64,000 nt of DNA, from assembly GCA_015064025.1 (NCBI GenBank), contig SVSZ01000001.1, positions 1,705 to 65,704 of the forward strand. The letters run 5' to 3'. The notes beneath the pieces are model-generated. The model did no database searches and had not been told where the DNA came from. It saw only the letters and a list, made by a program, of their open reading frames with translations. The position numbers were made by a program, and so were the translations under genes. The DNA is from Oscillospiraceae bacterium. GTDB taxonomy: Bacteria; Bacillota; Clostridia; Oscillospirales; CAG-272. Positions 53,401-61,032 of this stretch are shown piece after piece (position 1 is the stretch's first letter; the number at the start of each line of letters is the position of its first letter).

Positions 53401-54717
53401 CTTGGAGCCATGCTCGATGAAGTAGTCCGCCGAAAGAACAACGGTCTTACCGGGATTCTCCGCATCGTTATATGCGAAGGTGGGGTGTACAAACTTGGAA
53501 GCCTTAGCAATGTTCTGTCCGCCGTTCGCGATCTCGGTGACCGCATCGGGAACGATGTAATATCTCTTCCCGTCGGTCAAAAGATCGCCCCAGCTGTCAT
53601 CGGTCACGTAATAGAAGCCGTTGTTTCTATCAAGCTTCAGATCAAAGTTCTCCACACCGTGCTCCTTGGTATCCAAAGACACGGTATTGCTTTTACCGTC
53701 CCATACGATGCCCGAAGCATAGGTCTTCTTGCAATCCGCACTGATGAGTGTGTAAGTATCGGTAGGAAGTGCCGCCGCCATAGGGATACGGCAAACGATA
53801 CTGCCATCCATACGCTCGTAGGTTGCAAGAGAAGGTGTGGAAACACCGCCTGCCTGGTAGCCTACGCTGTAGATGTAATCCTCGAAATCCTCATAGGGCT
53901 TGGATTCCCTGGGCTCAGCCGTCGGAGTGTCGCCTGCGAAGAACCTGATGTTGTCGATCTGAACAGAGCCGGCACCGGGATATTTATTGGGCTTTGTAAC
54001 AATGAACTTCCCTTCGGGGATGACAAGGTTGGTGCTAACCTTGGTCCCCATGTTGCTGACATTTTCAAAAACTTTTACACCGTTGATGTAAAGGTCGTAT
54101 CTGCATGCCTTCATGTCGAGCACCATGGAAACGGTGTTCCAGACACCGAGCTTCATGCTGTTCTCTGCCAGAGCAGTTCCAAAGGAACCGCCGCCCTCCG
54201 TCACCAAGAATGCCTTACCGTCCTGCAGCTGCACGCAGAAGAGAGAGATCCACGAAGCGTCTCCGGCTGCGGAACGCGCGTTCGTAAGCTGTGTCTGGAG
54301 TCTTCCCGTAGAGCCGGGACCAAAGAAGAGATCTACCTCGTATACGATCTTTTCATACGTTTCATGGCTGATCTCGGGATTGTTGATCGTTTGGCTGACG
54401 TCCTTGTTCAATTCGTCCGGAGCCTTATTGTTCGTCGTATCGTTGACCTTGTAATCAAAGCTCCACGCATTGGAACCAAAGGTATCGGAAATGACGGAAT
54501 TCGCAAGCGCCAGCTTCATCCCGGAGGTAGGCGCCTTGCCAACCGTTTCCGCTTCAAAATCCAGAGCGAAGATCGGAGTCGGCGTGGCGGGCGGCGTTTC
54601 CTGTTCTTCAAAGAGGACGCCGTTAAAATCCGCAAAAGTAGGGATGCTGATCAGAGGTAGAATCGTTACAAGTGCCAATGCAAACGCAAGGATCCTGCTG
54701 TGCTTTCTGATTTTCAT
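50446..54717 (-). CDS. 1,423-aa secreted surface protein (LamG-like lectin domains plus PPC-like beta-sandwich repeats)
   Basis: Signal peptide MKIRKHSRILAFALALVTILPLISIPTFA. Two lectin-type cores: GVWNTVSMVLDM....YDLYINGV and IGQWNNLKLVLNLETGVYQIYLND. A GLRFATEV...GTLIAPYDYV module. Several DGYY[FY].[FYW] units. Paralogous to 61033-63390. Confidence 0.85.
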   Translation of the reverse strand: MKIRKHSRILAFALALVTILPLISIPTFADFNGVLFEEQETPPATPTPIFALDFEAETVGKAPTSGMKLALANSVISDTFGSNAWSFDYKVNDTTNNKAPDELNKDVSQTINNPEISHETYEKIVYEVDLFFGPGSTGRLQTQLTNARSAAGDASWISLFCVQLQDGKAFLVTEGGGSFGTALAENSMKLGVWNTVSMVLDMKACRYDLYINGVKVFENVSNMGTKVSTNLVIPEGKFIVTKPNKYPGAGSVQIDNIRFFAGDTPTAEPRESKPYEDFEDYIYSVGYQAGGVSTPSLATYERMDGSIVCRIPMAAALPTDTYTLISADCKKTYASGIVWDGKSNTVSLDTKEHGVENFDLKLDRNNGFYYVTDDSWGDLLTDGKRYYIVPDAVTEIANGGQNIAKASKFVHPTFAYNDAENPGKTVVLSADYFIEHGSKGIVESQFESFYSYNAASTAEDKNERKSWMQIFKVDIATGKMSDNDGQVAIGATETYMKIGQWNNLKLVLNLETGVYQIYLNDTYVAERTVGHGNLTIGKDAGSYWNVAKIQRTNSLESELKGGICIDNVKVEVADPANYVDGEGEHLSYLTKEAELDAYNDVINTLGETTVRFETPNGLRFATEVNTARLEEITETLGATIVDRGTLIAPYDYVLTAGSFNKENLDTLDKDVNYLDVKYVKDFEGAAGFEIDEEDTSKTYMTASIIDIKPENLDRDFAAIAYMTLKVGEKTVTLYSGNFAVANIRGLSAKLIANTAGSDAFTNPQLTILGGFTGNVTVDADLGNKNNPITIVKNNTTAVVNGTLYYQGAFPGEVITVTGPAGFKLLYNDGEITDTLIPNDDPDAEAKGIATIELSTDQTDAITFAIEGCGVYNINVNDPLGSAARHDTLAFGETELHLGTYIKDGYYFDFVPSATGTVEFMLTCEAADVETDLIVMMGTTPYKKMSANGVDGVLSFKAIKNAEYTVHVVVNPGSDDTYPAEADLVLSTAFTASLSKLSDVLAVSGTVSFQIDYSALYVESTNAYKNEATFTGPTGFSVIYNGTTYNDTDGRISFLLADEESVSFKIVGDGSEYTYTFDYPVGSVNKPVSIPSVKNEVASIDLSLEANDADGYYYTWKNPYSDVPGTASFDIATITDGVVADIIVTTATGTFKLSDVTEGALNVTVAASETVKIQVIVIADELTGDRAAADITFTAGFTPEAGTVYNPIVLDATVTSWTVDPGKYYSLGLTGKEITVDVSGLTLVDGETNAEVVYYLATAPDNKTSLYPNATATKPIPPVEEGTGPVIFVVNRGVSGTISLSADIKLGSAANPEEIASLSATATKVAIGAQSAPITTDGYYFKYTATADGTLTFDRTTPITSSANIKIVVTDKATGLELASGVAKRRNPLTVELTAGTEVLIQIWVVNSSDEVIAGYASANITFA

Positions 54718-54956
54718 AGCATTTTTCCTTTCTTTGTTTCGGGAAAAACCCGTTTTTTCAGATCAAAGCAACGAAGTCTCACATGGTGCGTCCCGCGGGA
54801 GGATCGAACACCGATTGAAATATAGCTGTATGCCATAAGAAAACCAAGCCCGATTCCCCAAGATCGCCAAGCGCGAAACGACGGGAACACATGCAAGTAA
54901 GCTTCATTTTCTCCTGTTGACAACCGTGTGAAGACACACTGATTGATCCTACTTCA

Positions 54957-54985
54957 TATTATATCATTCGACCCGTATTTTGTCA
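54957..54985 (-). promoter_or_regulatory. Candidate promoter of the 1,423-aa gene
   Basis: On the minus strand: TTGACAAAAT...AATGATAAATA (-35 at 54985-54980, -10 TAAATA at 54962-54957). It resembles the promoter of the paralog. Confidence 0.5.
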
Positions 54986-55076
54986 ATTAACAAACGGCAC
55001 AAAAAGCCTCCCGACAAATTGTATTTTTTGAACAAAGGCATTTTGGAAGACTCTCTTCTGTGCCAGTCAACACCTT

Positions 55077-55560
55077 GCCCTCTCAGTCGCCTTACAGCGA
55101 CAGCTCTCACAGAGGGGTACCCTCTCCGTCAGCCTGCGGCTGCCACCTCCCCAAAGGCAATGTCGTCAACTTAAAGTTGCCGCCATTGCGTGAGGCACGA
55201 CGCTTTGCGTCGCATGATGCGTGCCGTTTTACGGCACAGTGATATCGCCGCTGTGTGGCTGTGAGGCGTGTTGCTTCGCAACACATTGAGGAAGAAAATT
55301 TCCGCGTTTTACAACGCTGAAATTTTCAAATAATTCTTAAGTTGACGACGTTGCCCCCAAAGGGGGAGCCTCTTGCGGTAGTGAGCCGGCGGCGAACGTT
55401 GAGGTGAGCTTTTTGCACAGCAAAAAGACGGAAGGAGTAATAGCATCCCTCTTTGAGGCGAGTTTGCGAAGCAAACTGCGATAGTGAGGCGAAAGCCGAA
55501 CGTTGAGGTGAGCTTTTTGCGCAGCAAAAAGACGGAAGGAGTATTTTTTAGAAATTTTAC
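55077..55560. repeat. GC-rich intergenic repeat mosaic, locus B (nested inverted repeats, 47-nt direct repeat, hairpin array)
   Basis: Family motifs at 55077-55157. Inverted repeat GTCGTCAACTTAAAG (55161-55175) with CTTAAGTTGACGAC (55336-55349). Direct repeats 55392-55438 and 55496-55542 (1 mismatch). Seven TGAGG motifs and eight short hairpins. Confidence 0.85.
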
Positions 55561-55603
55561 CGTCATTTTCGGCAGGCGTTCACATCACGGCATTTTATAT
55601 TAT

Positions 55604-55640
55604 TAAAAAAACCGTCCGCGGTGCGTTTTGCACCGCGGAC
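55604..55640 (-). terminator. glyQS terminator
   Basis: CGTCCGCGGTGC / GCACCGCGGACG, followed by TTTTTTT on the minus strand. Confidence 0.88.
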
Positions 55641-55692
55641 GATGGGGGTTGATAAGCGCCTGCTCTTCTCCGTCCGGCACACGCCGCGCGGA

Positions 55693-57108
55693 TCAGAATT
55701 CGATCTTCTTTTCGATATAGGACTTCAATTCGGAGATCGGGATGCGAACCTGCTCCATAGTGTCTCTGTCGCGTACGGTTACGCAGTTATCTGCTTCCTT
55801 CTCACCGTCACCTACCGTCTCAAAGTCAACAGTGATGCAAAGAGGTGTACCGATCTCGTCCTGACGGCGGTAACGCTTACCGATAGAGCCTGTTTCGTCG
55901 TAGTCTATCATGAAGTACTTGGAAAGCTCGTCATAGATCTCACCCGCCTTATCACCCAGCTTCTTTGAAAGTGGGAGGATCGCCGCCTTGAAGGGCGCGA
56001 GTGCGGGATGGAGATGCAGAACGGTACGAACGTCGTTCTTCTCCGCGTCGATGACCTCCTCGTCGTAGGCGTCAACAAGGAATGCAAGAGCGACGCGGTC
56101 AGCACCGAGAGAGGGCTCGATAACGTAAGGAATGTAATGCTCGCCCGTTTCCTGATCGAAATAGGTCATATCCTTACCGCTGTGGGTCTGGTGTTGACCA
56201 AGGTCGTAATCGGTACGGTCGGCAACGCCCCAAAGCTCGCCCCATCCGAACGGGAAAAGGAACTCAAAGTCGGTGGTTGCTTTGGAATAGAAGCAAAGCT
56301 CATCGGGATCGTGGTCGCGCAGACGGAGATTTTCGTCGCGCATACCGAGGTTCAGAAGGAACTGATGGCAGTAATCCTTCCAATATGCAAACCACTCAAG
56401 ATCGGTGCCGGGCTTGCAGAAAAATTCAAGCTCCATCTGCTCGAACTCACGGGTACGGAACACAAAGTTACCGGGGGTGATCTCATTGCGGAAGGACTTA
56501 CCGATCTGCGCGATACCGAAGGGGAGCTTCTTGCGCGTGGTACGCTGTGCCGCGGGGAAGTTTACGAAAATTCCCTGTGCCGTTTCGGGACGCAGATAAA
56601 CGGTGCTGGAGTTATCCTCGGTGACACCGATGAAGGTTTTGAACATGAGGTTAAACTTCTTGATATCGGCAAAATCATGACCGCCGCACTGGGGGCAGGC
56701 AATGTTCTTTTCCTTGATATAGGAAGCCATTTCCTCAAAGCTCCATGCCGCGGGGTTGTCGTTAAGACCGTTTTGGAAGGCATAATCCTCGATCAGCTTG
56801 TCCGCACGGTGGCGCATTTTGCACTGCTTGCAGTCCATCAAGGGATCGGAGAAGCCGCCGACGTGACCCGAAGCGACCCAAGCCTGGGGATTCATGATGA
56901 TGGCGCTGTCAAGACCGACGTTGTACTTGCTTTCCTGTACGAACTTTTTCCACCAAGCACGCTTGACGTTGTTCTTGAACTCAACGCCCAAGGGACCGTA
57001 GTCCCAGGAGTTGGCAAGACCGCCGTAGATCTCGGAACCGGGGAAAATGAAGCCGCGCGTTTTACAAAGCGCTACGATTTTATCCATTGTTTTTTCAGAA
57101 TTGTTCAT
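55693..57108 (-). CDS. glyQS: Glycine--tRNA ligase (dimeric class II type)
   Basis: Start ATG 57108 after [56 protein letters not shown]. Confidence 0.93.
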   Translation of the reverse strand: MNNSEKTMDKIVALCKTRGFIFPGSEIYGGLANSWDYGPLGVEFKNNVKRAWWKKFVQESKYNVGLDSAIIMNPQAWVASGHVGGFSDPLMDCKQCKMRHRADKLIEDYAFQNGLNDNPAAWSFEEMASYIKEKNIACPQCGGHDFADIKKFNLMFKTFIGVTEDNSSTVYLRPETAQGIFVNFPAAQRTTRKKLPFGIAQIGKSFRNEITPGNFVFRTREFEQMELEFFCKPGTDLEWFAYWKDYCHQFLLNLGMRDENLRLRDHDPDELCFYSKATTDFEFLFPFGWGELWGVADRTDYDLGQHQTHSGKDMTYFDQETGEHYIPYVIEPSLGADRVALAFLVDAYDEEVIDAEKNDVRTVLHLHPALAPFKAAILPLSKKLGDKAGEIYDELSKYFMIDYDETGSIGKRYRRQDEIGTPLCITVDFETVGDGEKEADNCVTVRDRDTMEQVRIPISELKSYIEKKIEF

Positions 57109-57144
57109 AATGATTCTCCTGCTGTGTTTGCTATAATACATTTT

Positions 57145-57173
57145 ATTTTATCATTTTTTCAACGCCTTGTCAA
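57145..57173 (-). promoter_or_regulatory. glyQS promoter (short ~30-nt leader)
   Basis: On the minus strand: TTGACA (57173-57168), 17 nt, TAAAAT (57150-57145). Confidence 0.7.
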
Positions 57174-57328
57174 GAGATTGTCAAAAATATGTAAGAAAAG
57201 AAACGTGTATTTTGTATCCGCCGTGAAAAACGCACTTCAAAAAAAGAAAAAAAGCCTTGAAAAAGGCAGAAAAGCGTGATAGAATAAGGGGTGGGAGAGA
57301 CTTCCCTATTTTATTACGGAGAAACAAC

Positions 57329-58084
57329 ATGAAGGACTTACTTGATTGTGCAATGGATATCGGTGAGGAGATGCTCGTTTCGGGCGCCGAGGTACACCGT
57401 GCTGAGGATTCCATCCGCAGAATGTGCACGGCTTTGGGAGCTGTGCGTACAGATATTTTCATCATCCCAAGCAGTATGGTGGCAAGCATCCATACAGAGA
57501 GCGGCGAATGCTTTACGCAAACGCGCCGCATCACCGTGTCGGGCACGAACATCGAAAAACTTCACCGCCTCAACGATCTTTCTCGCCGCATTTGCAACGA
57601 AAAGCTCACTATTTGCGACATCCGCGCAGAGCTTGACGACATCAAAAAATGCAAGAACTATCCGCTTTGGCTTGAATACGTTGCATACGCCGTGATCGCA
57701 GGCGCCTTTACCCTCTTTTTCGGAGGCGACTTCAAGGAAGCGGCAGTGTCACTCCTTGTGGGGATCCTCTTGAAATTTGTCGTCATGCTGACCGATCGAA
57801 CCATGCCCAATAAAATATTTGCAAAGTTCATCTGCACCTTTCTCGCAACCGCGTCGGCGTTTCTGGCTGTCAAGATCGGCTTCATCGGCGGCGTTGACAA
57901 GGTCATCATCGGAAACATTATGACTCAGATCCCGGGCATTGGTCTTACCACTGCACTGCGCGACCTCTTCACGGGAGACAGCATCGCGGGACTCTTGCGT
58001 TCTATTGAAGCGGTGCTTGTGGCGCTTGCCATTGCAGCGGGTTACTTTTTGTGCGTTCTTACGTTGGGAGGTGTCCTGTCATGA
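57329..58084 (+). CDS. Threonine/serine exporter family protein (ThrE/YjjP-like, large subunit)
   Basis: LLDCAMDIGEEMLVSGAEVHRAEDSIRRM, followed by multiple TM helices. Confidence 0.8.
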   Translation: MKDLLDCAMDIGEEMLVSGAEVHRAEDSIRRMCTALGAVRTDIFIIPSSMVASIHTESGECFTQTRRITVSGTNIEKLHRLNDLSRRICNEKLTICDIRAELDDIKKCKNYPLWLEYVAYAVIAGAFTLFFGGDFKEAAVSLLVGILLKFVVMLTDRTMPNKIFAKFICTFLATASAFLAVKIGFIGGVDKVIIGNIMTQIPGIGLTTALRDLFTGDSIAGLLRSIEAVLVALAIAAGYFLCVLTLGGVLS

Positions 58085-58542
58085 CGCAAGCTGAGATATT
58101 ACAGATCATCACGGGATTTCTCGGTTCCCTCTTCTTCGCTGTTCTTTTTAACGTCCGAGGAAAAAAGCTTATCTTTGCCGCGCTTGGCGGATTTTTGTCT
58201 TGGGCGCTCTTTGTCCTCTTCAAATTCATCACCCCGAATGAGGCATTCCGCTACTTCCTTGTTGCTGTTTTGATCTCTGTCTACGCAGAGATCTTAGCAC
58301 GTGTACTGAAAACACCCACTACCACGTTCATTATATCGGCGCTCATTCCGCTCATTCCCGGAGGCTCTCTTTATTATACAATGTCTTCCCTCCTGGAGGG
58401 GAGCAGTGAAAGCTTTTTGGAAAAAGGCATTTACACCCTGGAGCTTGCCGCCGCACTGGCACTCGGCATCGTCCTGACCAGCGCTGTGACAAAGATGATC
58501 ACCGCAGCGGGGATGCGAAAAAAAGAGAAAAAGGCGGGATAA
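58081..58542 (+). CDS. Threonine/serine exporter family protein (YjjB-like, small subunit)
   Basis: ATGA overlap with the upstream gene. Four to five TM helices. LIPLIPGGSLYYTM motif. Confidence 0.75.
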   Translation: MTQAEILQIITGFLGSLFFAVLFNVRGKKLIFAALGGFLSWALFVLFKFITPNEAFRYFLVAVLISVYAEILARVLKTPTTTFIISALIPLIPGGSLYYTMSSLLEGSSESFLEKGIYTLELAAALALGIVLTSAVTKMITAAGMRKKEKKAG

Positions 58543-58549
58543 GGGGAGG

Positions 58550-59104
58550 CTATACTTTTCTCCGTCGGGGCAGGTCGTGACGCAAAATGCCGATGACGAT
58601 GGAGCAAATAAGAAAGGTCTCTGTGGCAGCACCCGGAATCGATCCCTTGATGATATTGTAGGTCAACCAGCAGGGCGAGGAGAAAAAGCTGAGGAGGCGC
58701 ACACGGAAGGGATCTTTTTGCGCCAAAGAAAAGGTAGTAAAGAACATTCCTGCCATGGGAAGAAGCGCCAATGCCCCCTCCCCCTGTATCCACGAAAAGA
58801 CGGAGGCAGCGGCAAACAGCGCACAGAACACAGCGTACCAAACGTTTGACTGCGCCCACCCTTGATCCTTTCGAAAATAGAAAACGATACCGCGAAAAAT
58901 ACCGATGGCATTGAGCATTCCGCCCGCAAAGGCACCGAGAAGAAACATGTGCACGGTCCAAAGAACGTTGTTGATGATCTGCCATATGAGGATTCCACTT
59001 CTGCTCTTTTGCTGAAAGGAAAAGATGCCGAAAAAGGCAGCAAAGACACCGATGATCTGCGCGATGAGATAGATCGGATCGGCATTTTCGAAAAAGGCAG
59101 GCAT
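58550..59104 (-). CDS. YgjV-like inner membrane protein
   Basis: ATG 59104 after AAGGAG. Hydrophobic, with IAQIIGVFAAFFGIFSFQQK...LNAIGIFR, resembling the YgjV family. Confidence 0.55.
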   Translation of the reverse strand: MPAFFENADPIYLIAQIIGVFAAFFGIFSFQQKSRSGILIWQIINNVLWTVHMFLLGAFAGGMLNAIGIFRGIVFYFRKDQGWAQSNVWYAVFCALFAAASVFSWIQGEGALALLPMAGMFFTTFSLAQKDPFRVRLLSFFSSPCWLTYNIIKGSIPGAATETFLICSIVIGILRHDLPRRRKV

Positions 59105-59106
59105 TG

Positions 59107-60213
59107 TCAATTCTCCTTTTCAACGTAAAGGTTCAGATCCCACGCAGGGACGCCGCCAAAGCGGCGCAAATAATATCTGTTATAGTGCGGAAAAAGCTTG
59201 TGTATCAGAAGCGGAAGTGCAAACAGATCTTCACTTCTGTGGTAAAGCGATACCATCAGCATGGGCGCGTGACGTGCAAGCGTTTCGCGTGAACCAAGCA
59301 AGGCTTCCCTCTCTGCCCCCTCTACGTCATATTTAACGTACTGCACAGGAGCTCCGTTCAAAACCGCATCGAGCGGCATTGCCGTGATCTCTTCGGTTTT
59401 GGGAGGTCTTGCCGCAAGGGTTTCCGAGCGATTTTTCAAAAAGGAAGCATTGCGATTTCCGCTTTTGTCAAAGGAAAGCACCGCATTTTCCGACCATGCA
59501 CCCGCATGCACCGCACAAACCTGCGCGCGGATCTCGTCGGCGGCGTACGTCTGTAGCTTTTTGAAATTGCGTGTATCCGGCTCCATGGCATAGACCTTGG
59601 AAAGCGCGCCGCCACGCTCGATCAACTCACGCACCGTGTCTCCGTTGTAAGCCCCAAGGTCGGCGGCAAAGGAAAAACGCGCCGGGCGAATGAGTGTATT
59701 CCACGTTGCGTCTGCGTCACTCCGCGCCGCCAGCAGTGTTCCTATATCCCCTGTCAGCTTATAGGAAAGCACACCGTCAAATATGCGGCGGGATTCTTCA
59801 TCGGAAAGAAGCTCGCGTGCAGCCTTCAGCTCTTCCCTGTGCACATTGAAAAACGCACGGTCAAAAAGCCCCTCGCCAAAGGCAGGCACGTCGGGGGCGT
59901 ACAGCTCGCATTCGGAGCCGATACGGGCAATATTTTCAAGAACCTCGGGACGGGAGGAGCCAAAGGACAAAAGAGCTATGACGTTCTCTTGTCCGAATTT
60001 TTCCTTCATCGCGCTCCACGGGAGCACAGGCATTCCATGGAAAAGATTGCCGCGCGCAAAGCCGTCGGAGGCAAAGATACCCGAAACGGGAATACTGCGA
60101 CCGTCAAGAACGTCAAGGATCTTGTCGGCACCGTTCCCCATCCCCCAAAGAACTATTTTTTTGTTTGTCTGTTGCAGATGATCCCAAAGATCACGTTTGC
60201 ACTCTTCAAGCAT
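59107..60213 (-). CDS. FkbM-family methyltransferase
   Basis: ADLGAYNGDTVRE...AMEPD..NF.KL. I chose ATG 60213 (GAGG RBS) as the start, because ATG 60240 overlaps the hit promoter. Confidence 0.75.
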   Translation of the reverse strand: MLEECKRDLWDHLQQTNKKIVLWGMGNGADKILDVLDGRSIPVSGIFASDGFARGNLFHGMPVLPWSAMKEKFGQENVIALLSFGSSRPEVLENIARIGSECELYAPDVPAFGEGLFDRAFFNVHREELKAARELLSDEESRRIFDGVLSYKLTGDIGTLLAARSDADATWNTLIRPARFSFAADLGAYNGDTVRELIERGGALSKVYAMEPDTRNFKKLQTYAADEIRAQVCAVHAGAWSENAVLSFDKSGNRNASFLKNRSETLAARPPKTEEITAMPLDAVLNGAPVQYVKYDVEGAEREALLGSRETLARHAPMLMVSLYHRSEDLFALPLLIHKLFPHYNRYYLRRFGGVPAWDLNLYVEKEN

Positions 60214-60233
60214 ACCTACCTCACAGAAAGCAG

Positions 60234-60262
60234 TTGACATTTTTCACGTTTCGGTGTATAAT
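60234..60262 (+). promoter_or_regulatory. HIT gene promoter
   Basis: Perfect TTGACA (60234-60239), 17 nt, TATAAT (60257-60262). Confidence 0.8.
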
Positions 60263-60294
60263 GAATCCAGTACACCGAAAGGAAGGTTTTTTAT

Positions 60295-60636
60295 ATGAAC
60301 GATTGTCTGTTTTGCAAGATCATTGCGGGAGAGATCCCCTCAAAAAAGGTATATGAGGACGAGTATGTCTATGCGTTTTACGATATCGCTCCCATGGCAC
60401 CTGTCCACGTCCTTGTCGTCCCCAAGCTTCACATCGCGTCTGCCGACGGCGTGTCTGCCGACAACAGCGCCTACGTCGCGCGCATTTTTGAGGCGATCCC
60501 GAAGATCGCCGCTGCCGAAGGACTTGCGAACGGCTACCGCGTGATCACCAATTGCGGCGAAGACGGTTGCCAGAGTGTCCGTCACCTGCACTTCCACATT
60601 TTGGGCGGCAGAAAGCTCCCCGAGACACTGGCATGA
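60295..60636 (+). CDS. HIT-family (histidine triad) protein
   Basis: CLFCKII.GEIP...VYED, and HLHFHILGG. Confidence 0.92.
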   Translation: MNDCLFCKIIAGEIPSKKVYEDEYVYAFYDIAPMAPVHVLVVPKLHIASADGVSADNSAYVARIFEAIPKIAAAEGLANGYRVITNCGEDGCQSVRHLHFHILGGRKLPETLA

Positions 60637-60683
60637 GCCGAGGAATATTTTAGCACAAACGCCGGAAAAAGTCAATATACTGC

Positions 60684-60728
60684 AAAAAAAGAAACGTTTT
60701 TCGAAAAAAGCGAAAACGTTTCTTTTTT
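60684..60728. terminator. Bidirectional terminator
   Basis: AGAAACGTTTT / AAAACGTTTCT, flanked by an A-run and a T-run. Confidence 0.75.
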
Positions 60729-60813
60729 GCATACGTATGTAGCTTGTTAGTATGGAAGGTTGCCCTTTAGAAGATGGTCGATCATATCGCACACAGAAAA
60801 CCATGCTGAAAGA

Positions 60814-61032
60814 TCAATTCTCAACAGCGATTCTTTCCAGAATGATTTCGTCTATCGCGTTGCATACTCCAAAAAAACACCTATCCACTTCTTTATTGGA
60901 AAACCGCAACACACGCAACCCAAGGGATTCCATATACAAATCACGTTCCCCATCTTGCATGAAGCCGTCATCTGTATGATGTTGTCTACCGTCGATTTCT
61001 ATCACAAGCTTCGCAGACGCACAATAGAAATT
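60814..61032 (-). pseudogene. 5'-truncated DUF559 (Vsr-like endonuclease fold) remnant
   Basis: NFYCASAKLVIEIDGRQHH...GLRVLRFSNKEV is the C-terminal half of the DUF559 pattern. It begins at the codon right after the TAA of the upstream 785-aa gene and has no N-terminal half. Confidence 0.7.

Noticed and set aside
51820-54660. 946-aa ORF on the plus strand, antisense to the 1,423-aa gene. Similar long antisense ORFs occur at 15969-17396, 6706-7731, 7771-8499, 8548-9504, 9505-10824 and 61702-62688.
   Set aside because: These are shadow ORFs. They have no RBS or promoter and a random-looking or low-complexity composition. The opposite strand carries a signal peptide, recognisable domains and paralogy. 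Such frames stay open because the sense codon usage avoids the complements of stop codons.
54784-54813. Minus-strand CGGTGTTCGATCCTCCCGCGGGACGCACCA in the 5' UTR of the 1,423-aa gene looks like a tRNA T-loop, acceptor strand and CCA.
   Set aside because: The spacing is 2 nt too long for a real 3' end, there is no complementary T-stem strand, and no 5' acceptor strand lies upstream. I cannot support a tRNA or att-site call.
54779-54907. 42-codon uORF (MKLTCMCSRRFALGD...) in the leader of the 1,423-aa gene, behind AGGAGA.
   Set aside because: The RBS spacing is only about 3 nt, no paired regulatory structure is evident, and the composition is unremarkable. It is kept only as a note.
57109-57330. 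Expected a T-box riboswitch upstream of glyQS.
   Set aside because: The promoter at 57145-57173 leaves only a ~30-nt leader. There is no specifier or T-box sequence and no terminator/antiterminator pair.
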